From positions 56,235 through 120,234 of the IMG/VR virus record IMGVR_UViG_2687453683_000002: 64,000 nt of DNA. One strand, given 5' to 3'. A program made the translations under genes and the position numbers. Below the pieces are notes generated by a model. It ran no database searches. It was not told where the DNA came from and worked only from the letters and a program-made list of their open reading frames with translations. Position 1 is the stretch's first letter. Each line of letters starts with the position of its first letter. Source of the DNA: a virus. Taxonomy: Duplodnaviria > Caudoviricetes. Positions 60,866 to 64,000 of the stretch are shown here, one piece after another.

Positions 60866-61773
60866 GCCGCTTCACCTACAATCGCAATTGATTTCACCAT
60901 CTTGAATCCATTGTTCATTTCAAATTCAATTTTGAATTGTGAGTTATTTGATAGTGCATTAATTTGTTCAATCGTCACTGGCGTATTGGCAAGTACCACA
61001 GACTCTTCACCCGTTGCAATATTAACCACTCGTAATTTAGCGAAGGTAACGCCTCCTGGAGAAACTCCTGTTGCCATATCCAGCATTCTATACAATTCTC
61101 CTGAACTTGAAGTAGCAGGCTTAGTCGAAGTCGCATCCTTCTGTCCTTTTTTCTCTGAAGAACCTGATTGGGTACTCGAAGTGCTACCAGAAGAAGGTTT
61201 CTTTTTATTTTGTTGAGTGGATTGAACAGGTTCCCCTACTTCGATTCGCTCCGCATCTTCAACGGTTTCAATCTCGCTTTCATCCATCATGCCAAGCCCC
61301 GATAGAGATAACGTTACTCTTCGTTTTGCCTTCGTTTCGGCCTTCATGATGGCGTTGGCAAGTTCATCTGCAGTTAATGGGAGAATTCGGCCTGTAGGTA
61401 CTTTTCGATTCCTCATCTCGTCCCATAACTTCTCTTCTTTGGTCAGCGAGACAGCACCAATGGATTCATCGGTCCGGCCATCTTGAGTTGTTCCGCGAGC
61501 GGTCACACAGTAAACGTCACCCACCTTTTCACGGCTTGTGATCGTAATACTGATATTTTGTATTTTACGAAGCTGGTCTGTAGCGTCACGCTTGGCATAC
61601 AGTACAAGCTTCCCGTCCAGTTTCAAATAATCGAATGGTTTTGTCAGGGGATTCAGTCCTACACTCTCACAAACCTTGGTATAGTACACAAACCTTTCCT
61701 CTGGTTTGAGTGATGATAAATCTCCTTGAATAACGACCTTTTCCATAATCGACAAATCCATAACTTCAGCCAT
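60862..61773 (-). CDS. Single-strand annealing recombinase (RecT/Bet-like)
   Basis: C...GLNPL.K, MKAETKAKRR motifs; located in an ssb/exonuclease operon. Confidence 0.65.
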   Translation of the reverse strand: MAEVMDLSIMEKVVIQGDLSSLKPEERFVYYTKVCESVGLNPLTKPFDYLKLDGKLVLYAKRDATDQLRKIQNISITITSREKVGDVYCVTARGTTQDGRTDESIGAVSLTKEEKLWDEMRNRKVPTGRILPLTADELANAIMKAETKAKRRVTLSLSGLGMMDESEIETVEDAERIEVGEPVQSTQQNKKKPSSGSTSSTQSGSSEKKGQKDATSTKPATSSSGELYRMLDMATGVSPGGVTFAKLRVVNIATGEESVVLANTPVTIEQINALSNNSQFKIEFEMNNGFKMVKSIAIVGEAA

Positions 61774-61787
61774 CGTTGCTCAGCTCC

Positions 61788-61976
61788 TTATTTTAATTTG
61801 GGATCTACAAACGTCTGTTGAACGAGCTTATCCAAATTACTCCAGATCGTTGTCACCTCACGTTTTAACGATTCAGGTGCTTCCGCGATTAAATCATCCA
61901 AGAGCGAAAGTGCTTCCTCCAAAGTGGCTTGAACATTTAAAACAACATTAGTATCAGGTTTCAACATAAGATTCAT
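61788..61976 (-). CDS. Small hypothetical protein
   Basis: 62 aa with AAGGA RBS, just after the terminator at 62001-62050. Confidence 0.55.
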   Translation of the reverse strand: MNLMLKPDTNVVLNVQATLEEALSLLDDLIAEAPESLKREVTTIWSNLDKLVQQTFVDPKLK

Positions 61977-62074
61977 CGTCCTTTCAAAGGTTTTATAAAA
62001 TGCAAAAAACCGAGCTTCACATGAAATGACTCATGCAAAAATCGGTTTTTAAATCAACATTATTCTATTTTGAA

Positions 62075-62419
62075 CTAACCCAGCATTGAGGTTGCAGCTT
62101 GCTCATCAATAATCGGCTGCACTCCAATAATCTTTAAGGCTTTAAATACTTTAGACAATGAATCAGGCTGTATGTCACATCCGAAATTCGAATGCACAAG
62201 TCCAGCTTGAATCACTTTAATGTCTTCTAGCGGAACTCCCGCAAGATCAGCAAGTTGTTGCTGCGTGTAACCCAATTCCAGTTGTCTTGCTAGAATCATC
62301 TGTCCGACAGCAACTTCAGGACCATCCAGATACTCTGTAGCTCCCGGAATTTCTCTAACCTCAGCTTTTAGCTGTTCAAAATCCCTTTTTAAATGACTGT
62401 ATTTATTCATCCATTTCAT
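62075..62419 (-). CDS. XRE HTH antitoxin (HigA-like)
   Basis: ARQLELGYTQQQLADLAGV; overlaps the toxin stop. Confidence 0.7.
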   Translation of the reverse strand: MKWMNKYSHLKRDFEQLKAEVREIPGATEYLDGPEVAVGQMILARQLELGYTQQQLADLAGVPLEDIKVIQAGLVHSNFGCDIQPDSLSKVFKALKIIGVQPIIDEQAATSMLG

Positions 62420-62885
62420 CCCCTTGTGAAAAAATGTGTTTCTCTGGAGATTTTATAAACGCAATATACTGTTCTTCTGACTTTTTTATTAATTGTTCAA
62501 ATTCTTCAGAGTAGGTCCTGGCTTTTACTGTAGCCTGAGTAAACACCAGCATTTGAACATCTTCTAACGAATATTCAAAACATATCGCTCTAAACGCTCC
62601 AGCACCTCTCCAGTTCACACGGAATTCAAGAAGTGGTGGATGATCTCTAAGCTCTTTGATGACTCGGATAGTATATAACGAGTTGCCTTCCAGGGAAGTC
62701 GTAAAAAATTCAGTCATGGAACGAATCATTCCCCTTTTTTCCACAAACTCAAGGGCTTGAAAAATAAGCTCAGCAAGTTGAGTGAAAAGTGGATCAGCTT
62801 TTGCTCTTTGAATCAATTCCTGCAAGCAAAGCTTAACCTGAGCCTTCCCTTCTTCATCCTTCAAAAACCAAATGACTGTCTCCAT
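62403..62885 (-). CDS. RelE/HigB (Gp49-like) toxin
   Basis: IKEL...LLEFRV...FRAICF...LVFTQATVK; toxin-first order. Confidence 0.6.
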   Translation of the reverse strand: METVIWFLKDEEGKAQVKLCLQELIQRAKADPLFTQLAELIFQALEFVEKRGMIRSMTEFFTTSLEGNSLYTIRVIKELRDHPPLLEFRVNWRGAGAFRAICFEYSLEDVQMLVFTQATVKARTYSEEFEQLIKKSEEQYIAFIKSPEKHIFSQGDEMDE

Positions 62886-62888
62886 TAT

Positions 62889-63247
62889 ACCATCCTCTCA
62901 ATTTTAATTAAAACGCAAAAAAGCCGATCTCCGCACGGAAGAATCCATGCAAAAATCGGCTTTAAAACTCAATAACATTGCTTTTCCAAGAGCCTTTCGG
63001 TACTCTTCATTCCTTATCTCCAGCAAACGGGAGTTGCGGAACTTCATTGGCTTTGCCTTTTGTCCTACATTTATCCTCTCTTCATTTCTGTCTTCATCAG
63101 AACGAAGGTGTAGGTTGAGGTAATACACTAGACTTGTTCTTTCGAAACAAGTTACCCTACTTTATAACTCTGTGAAGTGCATAGTCCAAAGCGTAGGGTA
63201 TGACCCTCTTCTCCAGCGAATGGGAGTTTAGAGTTGGAAAAATTAAC
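62889..63247 (-). ncRNA. Structured 5' leader RNA with terminal attenuator hairpin, copy B
   Basis: Closely similar to 48919-49268; closing stem TTTTCCAA/TTGGAAAA, several internal hairpins, long terminator. Confidence 0.7.
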
Positions 63248-63253
63248 AATTTC

Positions 63254-63282
63254 ATTCTAGCACATGTTTATGAGTAGTACAA
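63254..63282 (-). promoter_or_regulatory. Sigma-A promoter for leader copy B
   Basis: TTGTAC-17 bp-TAGAAT with extended TG. Confidence 0.65.
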
Positions 63283-63301
63283 GCAGCCATGTATTTTAAG
63301 A

Positions 63302-64000
63302 TCACTGCCATTTCCCTGCTCGATGACGCAAGAATTTATAATCCTCTCTTAAATCCTGATCCAGCAACAAATGTGCCGCTGTCAGTACATCATTGTATGG
63401 GATCACATTCTCCAGGTTTTCCGAAAGGACAATGATAGGTTGAGAGCAATATCGTAACTCTCTTTCTAGCGAAGCAGCATCCTCTTTGCCTCGCAGCACA
63501 AGTACGTATCGTATATGCTCTCCCATTTGCACCTTTCCAGTAAAAGGCCAAGCTGCCGGAAGTATTTGAAAACCCTTTTGTTTTTCTTGCAATGCACAAC
63601 AAAATTGAAAAAATACCAGTTTAGACAATACCGATTCAATGCTCCAGTGCCGCCAACTATTAACGGGCTGATCCATTTTAAAAAGATCAATGCTACGTGG
63701 GCCAAGTGTAAAAATAGGAATGGTATTCTTATTCTTTTTCAACTCGTGTTGAACGAGCTTTTGTTCGGCAAGCATTCGCCGGATTTGATGTCGTTTCCAG
63801 TGAAACAGACGTGCTATTTGCACGCTACCAATACAGCCAATATGTCCGATGGCTTGCAACCCCAATCCCTCTGTTGGCAAGCGTACTGGGGCATAACCTG
63901 CAACTATGGGATCCTCCAGAACAGTGGGTACAAATGTCCAATCAAAAGACAGAGAAAAAGGAGAACGAGCCAAAGCCCGATCCCCGGCCATGTTATCCAT
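63302..64000 (-). CDS. Winged-helix protein resembling the replication-relaxation family of ICEs; N-terminus may lie outside the window
   Basis: GCIGSVQIARLF...L...KL...IFTLGP pattern; ORF touches the window edge. Confidence 0.4.
   Translation of the reverse strand: MDNMAGDRALARSPFSLSFDWTFVPTVLEDPIVAGYAPVRLPTEGLGLQAIGHIGCIGSVQIARLFHWKRHQIRRMLAEQKLVQHELKKNKNTIPIFTLGPRSIDLFKMDQPVNSWRHWSIESVLSKLVFFQFCCALQEKQKGFQILPAAWPFTGKVQMGEHIRYVLVLRGKEDAASLERELRYCSQPIIVLSENLENVIPYNDVLTAAHLLLDQDLREDYKFLRHRAGKWQ

Larger units (their letters stand above)
19123..64000. mobile_element. Integrated island(s) at the glnA 3' end (ICE/prophage mosaic); right boundary outside the window
   Basis: att core plus arm repeats at the left edge; mosaic base composition, many pseudogenes, SSB/RecT/RadC/relaxase-like genes. 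Confidence 0.65.

Noticed and set aside
63080-63105. CTGATGA...GAAA resembling a hammerhead ribozyme core in leader copy B
   Set aside because: No stem II between the motifs, and the GAAA part is deleted in copy A.
48919-63247. The two ~340-bp copies as IS/MITE ends or composite transposon boundaries
   Set aside because: No terminal inverted repeats, target duplication or transposase seen; similarity runs from promoter to RBS, as expected for a regulatory leader. Recombination between copies remains possible.

Overview
Paenibacillus-like chromosomal accessory region with two parts; the genus is inferred from an Alo-type signalling locus, SLH proteins and a GlnA C-terminal fragment. (1) 1-~18.9 kb, minus strand: an apparently intact siphophage-type tail operon. 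It encodes tail terminator, tail tube, a G/GT chaperone with a -1 frameshift, a 1750-aa tape measure, two SLH-domain tail proteins, an M23+3D hydrolase tail hub and distal proteins. Upstream, where head, packaging and replication genes belong, there is only debris and a decayed tRNA array, so this is a candidate domesticated F-type tailocin. (2) From a duplicated glnA 3' end (att site, ~19.07-19.12 kb) to beyond the window end: an integrated island or stack of islands. It carries defence-like genes, SOS/prophage cargo (YolD-like, ATP-dependent ligase, SRAP, NucA/B remnant), an aloR-aloP-aloA quorum-sensing locus, a dockerin-Fn3-YD / Rhs nuclease toxin / immunity cassette and an Ntox44 toxin pair. 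It also carries two ICE leading-region-type operons (TA, RecT/Bet, zinc finger, SSB, exonuclease, RadC; and DUF6744-like, AAA+, vWA, DUF262). The most striking unexplained signal is a ~340-nt structured non-coding leader present twice, once before each of these two operons. Each copy ends in a terminator whose 5' arm sequence is shared with two further internal terminators, suggesting an undescribed RNA-based attenuation/antitermination system. All calls are by eye; no searches or folding programs were run.
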